Source: Bacteroidota bacterium
Lineage (GTDB): Bacteria > Bacteroidota > Bacteroidia > Bacteroidales > UBA7960
Assembly (NCBI GenBank): GCA_007693555.1
Contig: REDJ01000063.1
Coordinates: forward strand, 9,062-73,061
Reading direction: 5' to 3'
Length of the DNA: 64,000 nt
The notes under the pieces were generated by a model. That model ran no database searches. It was not told the origin of the DNA and saw only the letters and a list, made by a program, of their open reading frames with translations. Below are positions 30,728 to 39,704 of the stretch, piece by piece. The stretch's first letter is position 1. Each line of letters opens with the position of its first letter. The position numbers and the translations under genes are program-made.

Positions 30728-32599
30728 ATGTCAGACAATTCTCTGTTTGGTATTGCACGATTTCCCAGCCGGGAAGTAACCATTGGCGATCGTCCTTTGG
30801 GAGGTAATAATCCCATAAGGCTCCAGTCAATGACCAATACCAATACCCTTGATGTAAAAGCCACACTTGAACAATGCATAAGAATATTGCTTGCCGGTGC
30901 CGATTATGTGAGAATTTCTGCTCCAAATATGGAGACAGCCCACGCACTGAAAGAGATAAAAAGCAAACTGAAGGATGCCGGTTTTTATCATCCTGTAATT
31001 GCAGATATTCATTTTAAACCCGAGGTGGCTTTAATGGCTGCCAGGTATGTTGAAAAAATCCGGATTAATCCGGGAAATTATGTTAAAGTCACCCCAAATC
31101 ACCAAACTGATTTTACAACTTCAGACAGGGAAAAAGAAATTGAGCAAATACGGCAGAAAATATCTCCCCTGGTAAATGTTTGCAAAGATTTCGGAACAGC
31201 TATACGCATTGGAACGAATATGGGCTCTCTGTCACAGCGCATCATCTCACAGTATGGAAATACCCCTGAAGGAATGGTTGCAGCTACAATGGAATTTATT
31301 GAAGTTTTTCGTGAGCTTGACTTTCACAATCTTGTCATTTCTTTGAAAGCCAGTAAACCACTTATTATGGTACAAGCCTATGAGTTGATGGTGGAAAAAA
31401 TGCTTGAAGAAAATATGCATTACCCCCTTCATACCGGAATTACAGAAGCCGGTGAAGGAGAAAACGGCAGAATCAAATCTGCCCTGGGAATTTGTACACT
31501 TTTGAACAAAGGAATTGGTGACACAGTAAGAGTAAGCCTTACAGAGGAACCTGAAAAAGAGATACCTTTTGCCACAAAAATAACTTCCGTATTCCAGCTG
31601 CCATTTACACGCGATAGCAATAATTCTTTTAAACCTGGTAAAACCTTATGGTCAGAAAAAGATATCTTTTTCCCGGAAACAAAATTAAAGGCCATCGTGA
31701 TTGAAAGCCTTAGAAAAGACTACGGTAAAATCACCAACAAAGTTGTAACACATCAGGAAAAACCTGACTTAAATGATAAAAACAGCTCAATAGCACCGGT
31801 GGCCGATTTTCTTTTTACAGAAAACCTTGATATAACAACTGCAAATCCGGAAAGAAAATTCATAATCCCTTCTGAAAAATTTGCAAAAGAGAAATATTCC
31901 AACGCAAAACCCTTATTTGAGTTAAATGAAAAAAATACGCTACCTGGCAAAACAGGTTTCAAAAACTATTTTATACAAATACCATGTTCCGCCGTAACGA
32001 AAAGCTTTACCCTGCCTTTTGAGTATAAACCCTTTGCTGTAATTGCAGAACCGGATAACACAAATGAACCTCACGGGCTTGATGAAATTATTACTGTTTG
32101 CCAGACTGAGGATATTCCTGTAATCGTAAGAAAAAAGTTCTCAACGAAAGAAGCTGATGAAATAATCGGGCATATCGCCATATTATTTGGCAGATATTTA
32201 CTCGGGAAGAAAATACAGGGACTTTGGTTTGAAGCCCCTAATCTGGATGAAGATATTGTGAAAATCTGTTTTGGGTTTTTACAATCTGCCGGATTAAGGA
32301 TAACACGTACAGAATTTATATCCTGCCCAACATGTGCCCGCACATCCTTTGATATGCAAAACGTATTGCATCAAATTCAAAAACATACCGATGGTTTTCC
32401 CGGCCTCAAAATTGCCGTAATGGGCTGTGTTGTGAACGGACCGGGCGAAATGGCAGATGCTGATTTTGGTTATGTTGGTGCTGCAAACGGAAAGCTGCAT
32501 TTATACAAAGGCCGGGAGGTGATAGCAAAAAATATTGAACCCATAAATGCAGTCCGGAAACTCGAAGAGATACTTAGGCAATACGGGTATCTTGATTAG
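30728..32599 (+). CDS. ispG: 4-hydroxy-3-methylbut-2-enyl diphosphate synthase, long form with inserted domain
   Basis: 623 aa with a TIM-barrel N-domain (VRISAPN, IADIHF, RINPGN), an insert of about 250 aa, and a C-terminal cluster domain SCPTCARTS...GCVVNGPGE. Confidence 0.93.
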   Translation: MSDNSLFGIARFPSREVTIGDRPLGGNNPIRLQSMTNTNTLDVKATLEQCIRILLAGADYVRISAPNMETAHALKEIKSKLKDAGFYHPVIADIHFKPEVALMAARYVEKIRINPGNYVKVTPNHQTDFTTSDREKEIEQIRQKISPLVNVCKDFGTAIRIGTNMGSLSQRIISQYGNTPEGMVAATMEFIEVFRELDFHNLVISLKASKPLIMVQAYELMVEKMLEENMHYPLHTGITEAGEGENGRIKSALGICTLLNKGIGDTVRVSLTEEPEKEIPFATKITSVFQLPFTRDSNNSFKPGKTLWSEKDIFFPETKLKAIVIESLRKDYGKITNKVVTHQEKPDLNDKNSSIAPVADFLFTENLDITTANPERKFIIPSEKFAKEKYSNAKPLFELNEKNTLPGKTGFKNYFIQIPCSAVTKSFTLPFEYKPFAVIAEPDNTNEPHGLDEIITVCQTEDIPVIVRKKFSTKEADEIIGHIAILFGRYLLGKKIQGLWFEAPNLDEDIVKICFGFLQSAGLRITRTEFISCPTCARTSFDMQNVLHQIQKHTDGFPGLKIAVMGCVVNGPGEMADADFGYVGAANGKLHLYKGREVIAKNIEPINAVRKLEEILRQYGYLD

Positions 32600-32638
32600 C
32601 TTTCCAGACGATAATCTCTGATTAACAGAAAAACTGAA

Positions 32639-33535
32639 ATGAAGAAATTTATTCGTATAATAACAGACTTGTTCAATTATTTCATTTTCATCATTTTTGT
32701 CATAATAATCGGACTGCTTCCTTTTCGGTTTTTATATTTATTTTCCAATATCCTTGCAATTGTTTTGAGAAAAGTTTTCAGGTATCGCTATGCTGTCATT
32801 ACTGAAAACCTTGAAAAATCAAATATTGAAATAGATAAGTACGGGCGAAAAAAGCTAATAAAGCAAATTTATCTTAACCTTTCTGATGTCCTTGTGGAAG
32901 GAATCAAAAGTTTAACGATGCAAAAGAAAACCGTCATCAAAAGACACAAGGTCCTGAACCCCGAAATTGTAATTCCCTATTACGATAAAAAAAAGAGTGT
33001 TATCCTTGTTACAGGCCATATTGGCAATTGGGAGTGGGGAAGCCTGTCAGCAGGGCTATACACTCCTTATCATATCCTGGCTTTTTACAAAAAACTGAGA
33101 AATCCTTACATTGACAGGTTCCTTAGGTGGAGCCGGTCAAGATTTGGTACTACACTGGCGACTATTAAAGAAACCACCCTTAGCTTTGATAAGCAGAAAA
33201 ACACATCGACAATGTTTCTCATGGCTGCAGATCAGCATCCCACCAAAACATCTCTTGCTTACACAGCCCAATTTCTGGGTCGCGAAACTGCATTTTTACA
33301 TGGGCCGGAAAAACATGCCCGAAACAATAATTATCCCTTGCTATTTGCTGATATAAGGAGGAAAAAACGCGGATATTATGAGATAAAGTTGTCGGTACTT
33401 ATAGAAAAACCTGACACTTTTAATGTGGGAGAAATTACAAGGCTTTACGCTGCAAAACTTGAGTCTGCCATTAAAGAAAACCCATCTGATTGGTTATGGT
33501 CGCATAAGCGTTGGAAGCAAAAGAAAATCAAATAA
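32639..33535 (+). CDS. lipid A biosynthesis (LpxL/HtrB-family) lysophospholipid acyltransferase
   Basis: 298 aa with an N-terminal TM and the catalytic HX4E-type motif GHIGNWEWG. Size and layout are typical of late acyltransferases. Confidence 0.8.
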   Translation: MKKFIRIITDLFNYFIFIIFVIIIGLLPFRFLYLFSNILAIVLRKVFRYRYAVITENLEKSNIEIDKYGRKKLIKQIYLNLSDVLVEGIKSLTMQKKTVIKRHKVLNPEIVIPYYDKKKSVILVTGHIGNWEWGSLSAGLYTPYHILAFYKKLRNPYIDRFLRWSRSRFGTTLATIKETTLSFDKQKNTSTMFLMAADQHPTKTSLAYTAQFLGRETAFLHGPEKHARNNNYPLLFADIRRKKRGYYEIKLSVLIEKPDTFNVGEITRLYAAKLESAIKENPSDWLWSHKRWKQKKIK

Positions 33536-33542
33536 CAAAAAG

Positions 33543-35321
33543 CTAGACATACATGTTGTCGATAATTTGCTTATAAGTTTTTTCAATTGCTCTTCTGCGC
33601 AGTTTCAATGTATTGGTCATTGTGCCGGCTTCTATGGTAAATGGCTCGGGAAGTAAAGTGAATTTCACTACTCTTTCATGCGGTGTGAGATCTTTCTGCA
33701 GCCTGGCAAAACGATTTTCAATGAGCACTTTGATTTTCTCTGATTTAAGCAATTCCTCATCATCCCTGAATGTAATTCCGGTATTTGAAGCAATGGATTT
33801 AAGTTTTTCCACTGAAGGAACAACCAGGGCTGTTACAAACTGTCGGTTATCTCCCACAACAACAATCTGTTCAACCAATTCATCCTGCCCGAGAAGGAGT
33901 TCAAGTTTTTGAGGTGAAACAAATTTACCCACTGAGGTTTTCATCAGGTCTTTGATGCGATCGAGCATCACAAGATTATTCTTATTATCAATATATCCTT
34001 CATCACCTGTATGAAACCAGCCATCTTTTATTACTTCATTTGTGGATTCTTCTTTTTTATAATAACCAGGAAATACACTTCTTCCTTTTACAAGTATTTC
34101 ACCTTGCTCGCCTATTTTTACTTTTACACCTGGCATAATTGTGCCACAGGTACCAAAAAAATATTCTTCAGATTTAAAACACGAAACTGTTGCAGTAGTT
34201 TCAGTTAATCCATAGCCATAATTTACAAAAATACCCATGGCGTGAAAAAACTTCAGCACATCGGTGTTAATTGCAGCACCAGAACAAGGCATGGCTTTAA
34301 TATTCCCTCCGAAAATACTTCTCAATTTTCGCAAAACCAGAATATTGGCAAATGAATGTTTTATTTTCAGCGAAAAGGGCAGCTCTCTGGAGCGACAGCG
34401 ATACTCAATTGCCTGATGACCAACTGAAATTGACCAGCGAAAAATCTTTTGTTTAAAAGATGGCCATTTACTTAATTCCGTATGTATTCCATGATAAGTT
34501 TTATCAAAAAACCGTGGAACCGTGCACATCAGAGTAGGTTTTACCACAGGCAATACTTCAATCACCTCCCTGGGGTTTTCCAGAAATACATTTACCGCAC
34601 CGCAATGCAAAAGGTAATGACTCCACAAACGTTCAAATACGTGACTCAAAGGGAGAAAGCACAAAGAAACATCCTTATCGGTAACATTTAGTCTTTGTTC
34701 ATGGATATCAAAACAATACATGAAATTATCATGCTTCAGCATTACTCCTTTAGGTTCACCGGTTGTGCCGGAAGTATAAATAATTGTTGCCAGATCATCC
34801 GGATTATAATCCGGTTCCACATCTTCTATCTTAATACGAGTATTTTCTTCAGAGCTCTGTTTCAGGAACGTTTGAAAATCAATCACTCTGTCATCATCAC
34901 CGGAATAGTTGTCAAAAATGATTAGTTTTTTCAAAGTTGATCCTTCATCCATGAGGGATAAAGCAACCTCGAGCTGTTCTCTGCTGCCAACGAACATAGC
35001 TTTCATACCGGTCTCTTCAACAATGTATTTTACTTGTTCGCGGGAGGCTGTAGAATAAAACGGAACAACTACTCCCTGATTGGCCATTATACCTAAATCA
35101 GTCACCATCCACTCCAGTCTGTTGGAACTGTAAATACCAACATTTTCATATTTAACCGAACCTATATAGCGCAGTGAATTCAGAACATTTTCAGCTTTTC
35201 GCTTTAATTCATCCCAGTTTAAGGAAAGATAAGATTTCTTGTTGTTTCTGTACCGGAAAACCTCCCTTGTGCCATACTTTTCAGCACGATTCAAAAACAT
35301 CCTGATAATATGGTTTTCCAT
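33543..35321 (-). CDS. long-chain fatty acid-CoA ligase (AMP-dependent synthetase)
   Basis: 592 aa with AMP-binding motifs IIYTSGTTGEPKGVM, YGLTET and GWFHTGDEG. Confidence 0.9.
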   Translation of the reverse strand: MENHIIRMFLNRAEKYGTREVFRYRNNKKSYLSLNWDELKRKAENVLNSLRYIGSVKYENVGIYSSNRLEWMVTDLGIMANQGVVVPFYSTASREQVKYIVEETGMKAMFVGSREQLEVALSLMDEGSTLKKLIIFDNYSGDDDRVIDFQTFLKQSSEENTRIKIEDVEPDYNPDDLATIIYTSGTTGEPKGVMLKHDNFMYCFDIHEQRLNVTDKDVSLCFLPLSHVFERLWSHYLLHCGAVNVFLENPREVIEVLPVVKPTLMCTVPRFFDKTYHGIHTELSKWPSFKQKIFRWSISVGHQAIEYRCRSRELPFSLKIKHSFANILVLRKLRSIFGGNIKAMPCSGAAINTDVLKFFHAMGIFVNYGYGLTETTATVSCFKSEEYFFGTCGTIMPGVKVKIGEQGEILVKGRSVFPGYYKKEESTNEVIKDGWFHTGDEGYIDNKNNLVMLDRIKDLMKTSVGKFVSPQKLELLLGQDELVEQIVVVGDNRQFVTALVVPSVEKLKSIASNTGITFRDDEELLKSEKIKVLIENRFARLQKDLTPHERVVKFTLLPEPFTIEAGTMTNTLKLRRRAIEKTYKQIIDNMYV

Positions 35322-35477
35322 GAGAAAAGATTGATGAATTGTTTTTTTAGAAACTATTAATCAAATGTATAATTTTTTTCCTGATGATTAACATTTTGAT
35401 TAAAAAATTGATTATAAAGTTGATAGGATTTGAAAGTTACATGTCAAATTCCAGATAAATCAAGAGGTTGGAGTTTT

Positions 35478-35888
35478 TCAGGAATAAACTGTGACAGTAA
35501 GTTTCCTTTGGCCACCATGGTTTCTGAACTCGCAAAGGAAAATACCCTGCCAGGTACCCAGTTTTAAACGGCCATTACTAATGGGGATTGTAAGAGATAC
35601 TCCCGTAATTGCAGATTTCACATGAGCAGGCATATCATCAGGTCCTTCCATGGTGTGAACCAGAAATGGCAGATTTTCCGGTACAAGATGATTGAACATG
35701 CTTTCCATATCTGTCATTACCGAAGGGTCGGCATTTTCATTGATCATCAAACCTGCAGAGGTATGATGAATGAAAATGTTTAGCAAGCCTGCCCGCGGTA
35801 ATTCAGGTATGGCTTTCAATACATGATTTGTTATTTGATGATATCCTCTTGGAAAAGCAGGTAACCGAACTTCATATTGCTGTATCAT
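35478..35888 (-). CDS. YjbQ/UPF0047 family protein (secondary thiamine-phosphate synthase-like)
   Basis: 136 aa with HHTSAGL.INENADPSV..D and GPDDMPAHVK, characteristic of UPF0047. Confidence 0.85.
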   Translation of the reverse strand: MIQQYEVRLPAFPRGYHQITNHVLKAIPELPRAGLLNIFIHHTSAGLMINENADPSVMTDMESMFNHLVPENLPFLVHTMEGPDDMPAHVKSAITGVSLTIPISNGRLKLGTWQGIFLCEFRNHGGQRKLTVTVYS

Positions 35889-35984
35889 GAGTATAGTTTT
35901 AATTCTTATCGAAATATTTTGAATCTTTAAAGAATACTTATTATCTTCACAAACACAAATTTACAAACCTAAACTTAAAAACCC

Positions 35985-36683
35985 ATGAAGAAAAGTTTAA
36001 TTATTGTGTTGATTTCTCTGATATCAACAGCAGTTTTTGCACAAATGTGCGATTTATATTTTCCTTTAGTTGAAAGCAATGGTGTCCAGTTTCAGAGTTT
36101 TGACAGGCGCGACAGACTTCAGGGAACACAGGATTTGATGGTGAAGGAGGTTATTAACCATGCTGATCGAATAGAAGCGGTAATCAATACAAAATACTAT
36201 GACAATCGTGAAAATTTTCAGCATGAAAGCGATTTTACTGTTATATGCAAAGGCAATGAAATAATATTAGATATACAATCGGTAATAGACCAAAGCATGT
36301 TACAGGGATTTCAGGATATGGAAGTCGAAATGTCAGGTATAGATATTGTTTTCCCCGATAATCCCAGCGTAGGTCAGGAGCTTGAAGATGCAAGTATGAC
36401 CATTTCAGTTAGTTCAGGTGGTATGAAATTGACTGAAATGACTTTCACAATCCGCGACCGTAAAATTGAAGGCATGGAAACTATAACAACACCTGCAGGT
36501 ACTTTCGAAGCTTTCAAAATAACTTCAGAAATGCACACCGAATCCCGAACTATGGGCATATCACACAGAATTACAATGACAAGTATTGATTACTGGGCCG
36601 AAGGCGTTGGTACAGTTAGAAGCGAATCATATAACAGCAGAGGCAGATTGGAAAGTTATACCTTACTGAGTAAAATTTATTGA
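35985..36683 (+). CDS. hypothetical secreted protein
   Basis: 232 aa with signal peptide MKKSLIIVLISLISTAVFAQ. No family recognised. Confidence 0.55.
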   Translation: MKKSLIIVLISLISTAVFAQMCDLYFPLVESNGVQFQSFDRRDRLQGTQDLMVKEVINHADRIEAVINTKYYDNRENFQHESDFTVICKGNEIILDIQSVIDQSMLQGFQDMEVEMSGIDIVFPDNPSVGQELEDASMTISVSSGGMKLTEMTFTIRDRKIEGMETITTPAGTFEAFKITSEMHTESRTMGISHRITMTSIDYWAEGVGTVRSESYNSRGRLESYTLLSKIY

Positions 36684-36770
36684 TATTTTACAGTATCATT
36701 TTAAGCCTAGTCATCAGATAAACAGATGCCTGGGCTTTTTTTATGAATTTTTTTCCAAAAAAATTTGTAT

Positions 36771-36812
36771 TACGAAATTCTTCGTATTATATTTGCTACG
36801 AAAATTATCGTA
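36771..36812 (+). promoter_or_regulatory. two 16-nt palindromes (TACGA-N6-TCGTA) immediately upstream of the BlaI-family repressor gene; candidate autoregulatory operators
   Basis: tacgaaattcttcgta lies at 36771..36786 and tacgaaaattatcgta at 36797..36812, with 26 nt between starts. The second ends 5 nt before ATG 36818. Confidence 0.6.
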
Positions 36813-36817
36813 CATCT

Positions 36818-37204
36818 ATGACCACCAAAAAATATAATCCTACGGAAAGCGAACTGGAAATCCTTCAAATATTATGGCATAAAGGCAATGCCACAGTTCG
36901 TGAAGTTCATGAGGTGCTTGAAAAAGTAAAAGATACCGGTTATACAACCACTCTGAAGATCATGCAAATTATGACAGAGAAGGGTTTATTGGAAAGGAAC
37001 ACATCAAACAGAACTCACATTTACAAGCCCATTTTAAGTCGTGAGAAAACCCAGGAAAACTTTCTAAATAAAATGCTTAATGGTCTTTTTAAAGGGGATG
37101 AAAGCCGGCTTGTGATGGGCGCTCTCGATAAAAAAGAATTATCTCAGAATGAAATTGATGAAATAAAGGAATTCCTCAAACAATTTGAAGATAAGAAATC
37201 ATGA
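36818..37204 (+). CDS. BlaI/MecI/CopY-family transcriptional repressor
   Basis: Winged-helix N-terminus SELEILQILWHKGNATVREVHEVL...GYTTTLKIMQIMTEKGLL. The stop overlaps the start of the M56 sensor gene (ATGA). ATG at 36818 is preferred because the track's longer ORF would read through the palindromes. Confidence 0.88.
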   Translation: MTTKKYNPTESELEILQILWHKGNATVREVHEVLEKVKDTGYTTTLKIMQIMTEKGLLERNTSNRTHIYKPILSREKTQENFLNKMLNGLFKGDESRLVMGALDKKELSQNEIDEIKEFLKQFEDKKS

Positions 37205-38877
37205 GTGTAATCCAATACATACCCGAACCGTTTATCAATGCGCTTGCATGGAGTGTGCTGCATTCCTTCTGGCAGATTCTTATAATTGCCGCATTATGGA
37301 AAATTTCCATGTTTTTTGCTCGCAAGGCTCCGGCATTGGTCCGTCAAAACCTGAGTATTTTTACCATGCTTACTATCCCGGTTGTTTTTCTTATTACTTT
37401 TTTCAAACAATATGAAATTTATAAAAATGTTGAACGTATCGCTTTTCTGGAGTTTGAAGGAATGGAGCTTCAAAGCATTGAGACATTAAGCTCGTTGTAT
37501 CTGTTGCCAAGAGAAAGTAATCATTTGTCACAATTCTTTGAATCTTATACCCCATATATTTTCTGGATTTACTGGGCAGGAATAGTTTTTTTATCCATTT
37601 ATTTCATTCTGTCCTATAGTAAGTTGTTCCAGCTGAAAAGAAAACAGCTTAAAAGTCCTCCTCAGGACTGGCTGCAGAGCATACAAAAGATTTCTGATAA
37701 AACATTAGGAAGCCAAAAAGTGAAGGTATACCTCTCTCCTAATGTTACCATACCTATAGTTGCCGGATTTTTCAAACCTGTAATCTTATTTCCTTTAGCC
37801 GTTTCTGCCTCACTCACCATCAGGGAAGTAGAAGAGATACTTTTGCATGAGCTTTATCATATTCGCTGTAAAGACCACTATATTAATGCTTTGCAATACA
37901 TATTTGAAATTCTGTTTTTTTATCATCCCTGTACATGGTGGATTTCCCGGAATTTGCGTATTCAAAGGGAAGCCAAGGTTGACGAGTGGGTGGTAAAACA
38001 AACCAACAGCCCTCTGAATTATGCACAAACGCTTATAAACCTTGAAGAAAACCGTAAGAAAGTCCTGCAACCGGCCCTTGCGGCAAGTTCTTCGCAAAAT
38101 TCATTATTTATTCGAATTAAAAATATTATGCACATGAAAACAAGAAATTTTAAACCCGGACAAAAAATCGCAGCCATCGTTGTGATTGCAGCAGCAAGTA
38201 TTTCTCTTGCATGGTTTAACCCGCCTTCATTTTTAACTCTGGCTGATGCAAATGATTTCCCGGCAGCTCAAAACCTGCAAGCTGATAATGCTATCGTATT
38301 AAATGCCGGCCAAACTACTGAGCAGGTAACGCCTCCCGATGAACCCAAACGAATTGTACTTGAAAATGGAACAACAGTGCAATGGCAAGAACTCTCGGAT
38401 GAAGATAAAGAAGAGATCCGCAAAGCCATGGAAGAGGCCCGTATTGCCATTCGTGATGCAATTGGGGAAGTAAGGGCTGAACTGAACTCCGAAGAAATAA
38501 AAAAAGAATTGCACCAGGCTCGTGAAGAAATCCGCCAGGCTCTGGCCGAAGTAAAAGCTGAGATGAACAATGAAGAGTTCAGAGCAGAAATGCAACAGGC
38601 CAGGGAAGAAATACGCAAAGCTCTTCAGTATATGAATCAAAAAATTGGTGATGAGCAGTTTAAGTCAGAAATTGAAGAAGTTTCAAAAGAGTTACAGAAA
38701 GTTTTTGAAGAATTGAATAACTTTGACTGGTCAGAGCTGGGAAACAACCTGGGTATTATTATGGAAGAAGTGGGAAAATCGCTTGAAATAATCGGCCCAA
38801 CGCTGAAGGAAGTTTTTGAAAACCTGAACCTGGAAGAACTCTTTAAAGAATTGGAGAATGAGCTTCAGGAAAATTAA
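37201..38877 (+). CDS. BlaR1/M56-family membrane metalloprotease-sensor with repeat-rich coiled-coil C-terminal domain
   Basis: 558 aa with N-terminal TM helices and the HEXXH motif HELYH (37846..37860). After a further TM there is an acidic helical tail built from 27-aa repeats. Confidence 0.85.
   Translation: MSVIQYIPEPFINALAWSVLHSFWQILIIAALWKISMFFARKAPALVRQNLSIFTMLTIPVVFLITFFKQYEIYKNVERIAFLEFEGMELQSIETLSSLYLLPRESNHLSQFFESYTPYIFWIYWAGIVFLSIYFILSYSKLFQLKRKQLKSPPQDWLQSIQKISDKTLGSQKVKVYLSPNVTIPIVAGFFKPVILFPLAVSASLTIREVEEILLHELYHIRCKDHYINALQYIFEILFFYHPCTWWISRNLRIQREAKVDEWVVKQTNSPLNYAQTLINLEENRKKVLQPALAASSSQNSLFIRIKNIMHMKTRNFKPGQKIAAIVVIAAASISLAWFNPPSFLTLADANDFPAAQNLQADNAIVLNAGQTTEQVTPPDEPKRIVLENGTTVQWQELSDEDKEEIRKAMEEARIAIRDAIGEVRAELNSEEIKKELHQAREEIRQALAEVKAEMNNEEFRAEMQQAREEIRKALQYMNQKIGDEQFKSEIEEVSKELQKVFEELNNFDWSELGNNLGIIMEEVGKSLEIIGPTLKEVFENLNLEELFKELENELQEN
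38410..38721 (+). repeat. in-frame 81-nt (27-aa) degenerate tandem repeats x about 4 within the BlaR1-like gene
   Basis: The units are EEIRKAMEEARIAIRDAIGEVRAELNS, EEIKKELHQAREEIRQALAEVKAEMNN, EEFRAEMQQAREEIRKALQYMNQKIGD and EQFKSEIEEVSKELQKVFEELNN. Confidence 0.75.
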
Positions 38878-38906
38878 CTGATATATTAATAACTAAAACC
38901 ATCAAA

Positions 38907-39482
38907 ATGAAAACCTACTCTGGAAGGATTGTCAACTGTTTTATAATTGCATCAGTTGCAATAATTTTATTTACCGGTATATCTCCTGTCATCGGCCAAA
39001 ATCAAAACCAGCGTTTCCAGGAGATTCTCCAGGATCGGGAAAGGGAAACGATCACAATTACAGCACAGCTTTTTGGCGACATCAAATTTGATGCAGATGA
39101 AACATCAAATGTATTTTTTATAATGCACGATGGTAAGGTTATTCCCATGGGAAAAGAATCAGGTAACCTATCGGCAGATGAAATAGCTTCGGTTTATATC
39201 TACAGGCCCGGCAGAAGTAAAGACCTTTTCATTGAAATTACCGATCCTTCAGAAAAAAGTAAAACTGAAACATCCACCCAGGATTTTCCTGCCGGAAGAA
39301 TTCTTTACATTGTTGATGGGATGGAACTTATGGAAAAACATGTTCACAAAATTCCACCAAAGGACATTTTAAATATTACAGTATTAAAAGATGCATCAGC
39401 TGCTGAGAAATATGGAAAAACCCCTGATGAAATTGAAGGTGTAATCATTATTGAAACCCGCAGAGCAAAATTTAATGAATAA
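38907..39482 (+). CDS. hypothetical secreted/anchored protein with a TonB-dependent-receptor plug-like C-terminal motif
   Basis: 191 aa with an N-terminal hydrophobic segment. The C-terminus ILYIVDGMEL...ILNITVLKDASAAEKYGK...EGVIIIETR resembles the conserved start of TBDR plug domains. It lies 29 nt after the blaR1-like gene. Confidence 0.5.
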   Translation: MKTYSGRIVNCFIIASVAIILFTGISPVIGQNQNQRFQEILQDRERETITITAQLFGDIKFDADETSNVFFIMHDGKVIPMGKESGNLSADEIASVYIYRPGRSKDLFIEITDPSEKSKTETSTQDFPAGRILYIVDGMELMEKHVHKIPPKDILNITVLKDASAAEKYGKTPDEIEGVIIIETRRAKFNE

Positions 39483-39554
39483 CACTTTGATTAAAAAAGC
39501 TCCTGAATGAATAACATGAATACCACCTTCACATACTCATTTTTACAAAATAGA

Positions 39555-39589
39555 AACCTGCAAAATGAAACTTTTGCAGGTTTTTTTTT
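39555..39589 (+). terminator. rho-independent terminator
   Basis: Perfect 11-bp stem aacctgcaaaa / ttttgcaggtt, 6-nt loop, then a T-run. Confidence 0.85.
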
Positions 39590-39704
39590 GATTTCATTGA
39601 GGCAATTTTTTAAATTTTACTTTACTTTGCAACCTTTTGCCAGGTCAAATAAAAATAATACTAACCGGGAGTATATCTAAAAAGCTCCGCAAATCCTTTA
39701 AAAA

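Noticed and set aside
38268-38640. Two antisense ORFs of 113-116 aa within the 3' part of the blaR1-like gene
   Set aside because: They are produced by the purine-rich 81-nt repeat array. The translations are Ser/Phe-rich low-complexity sequence.
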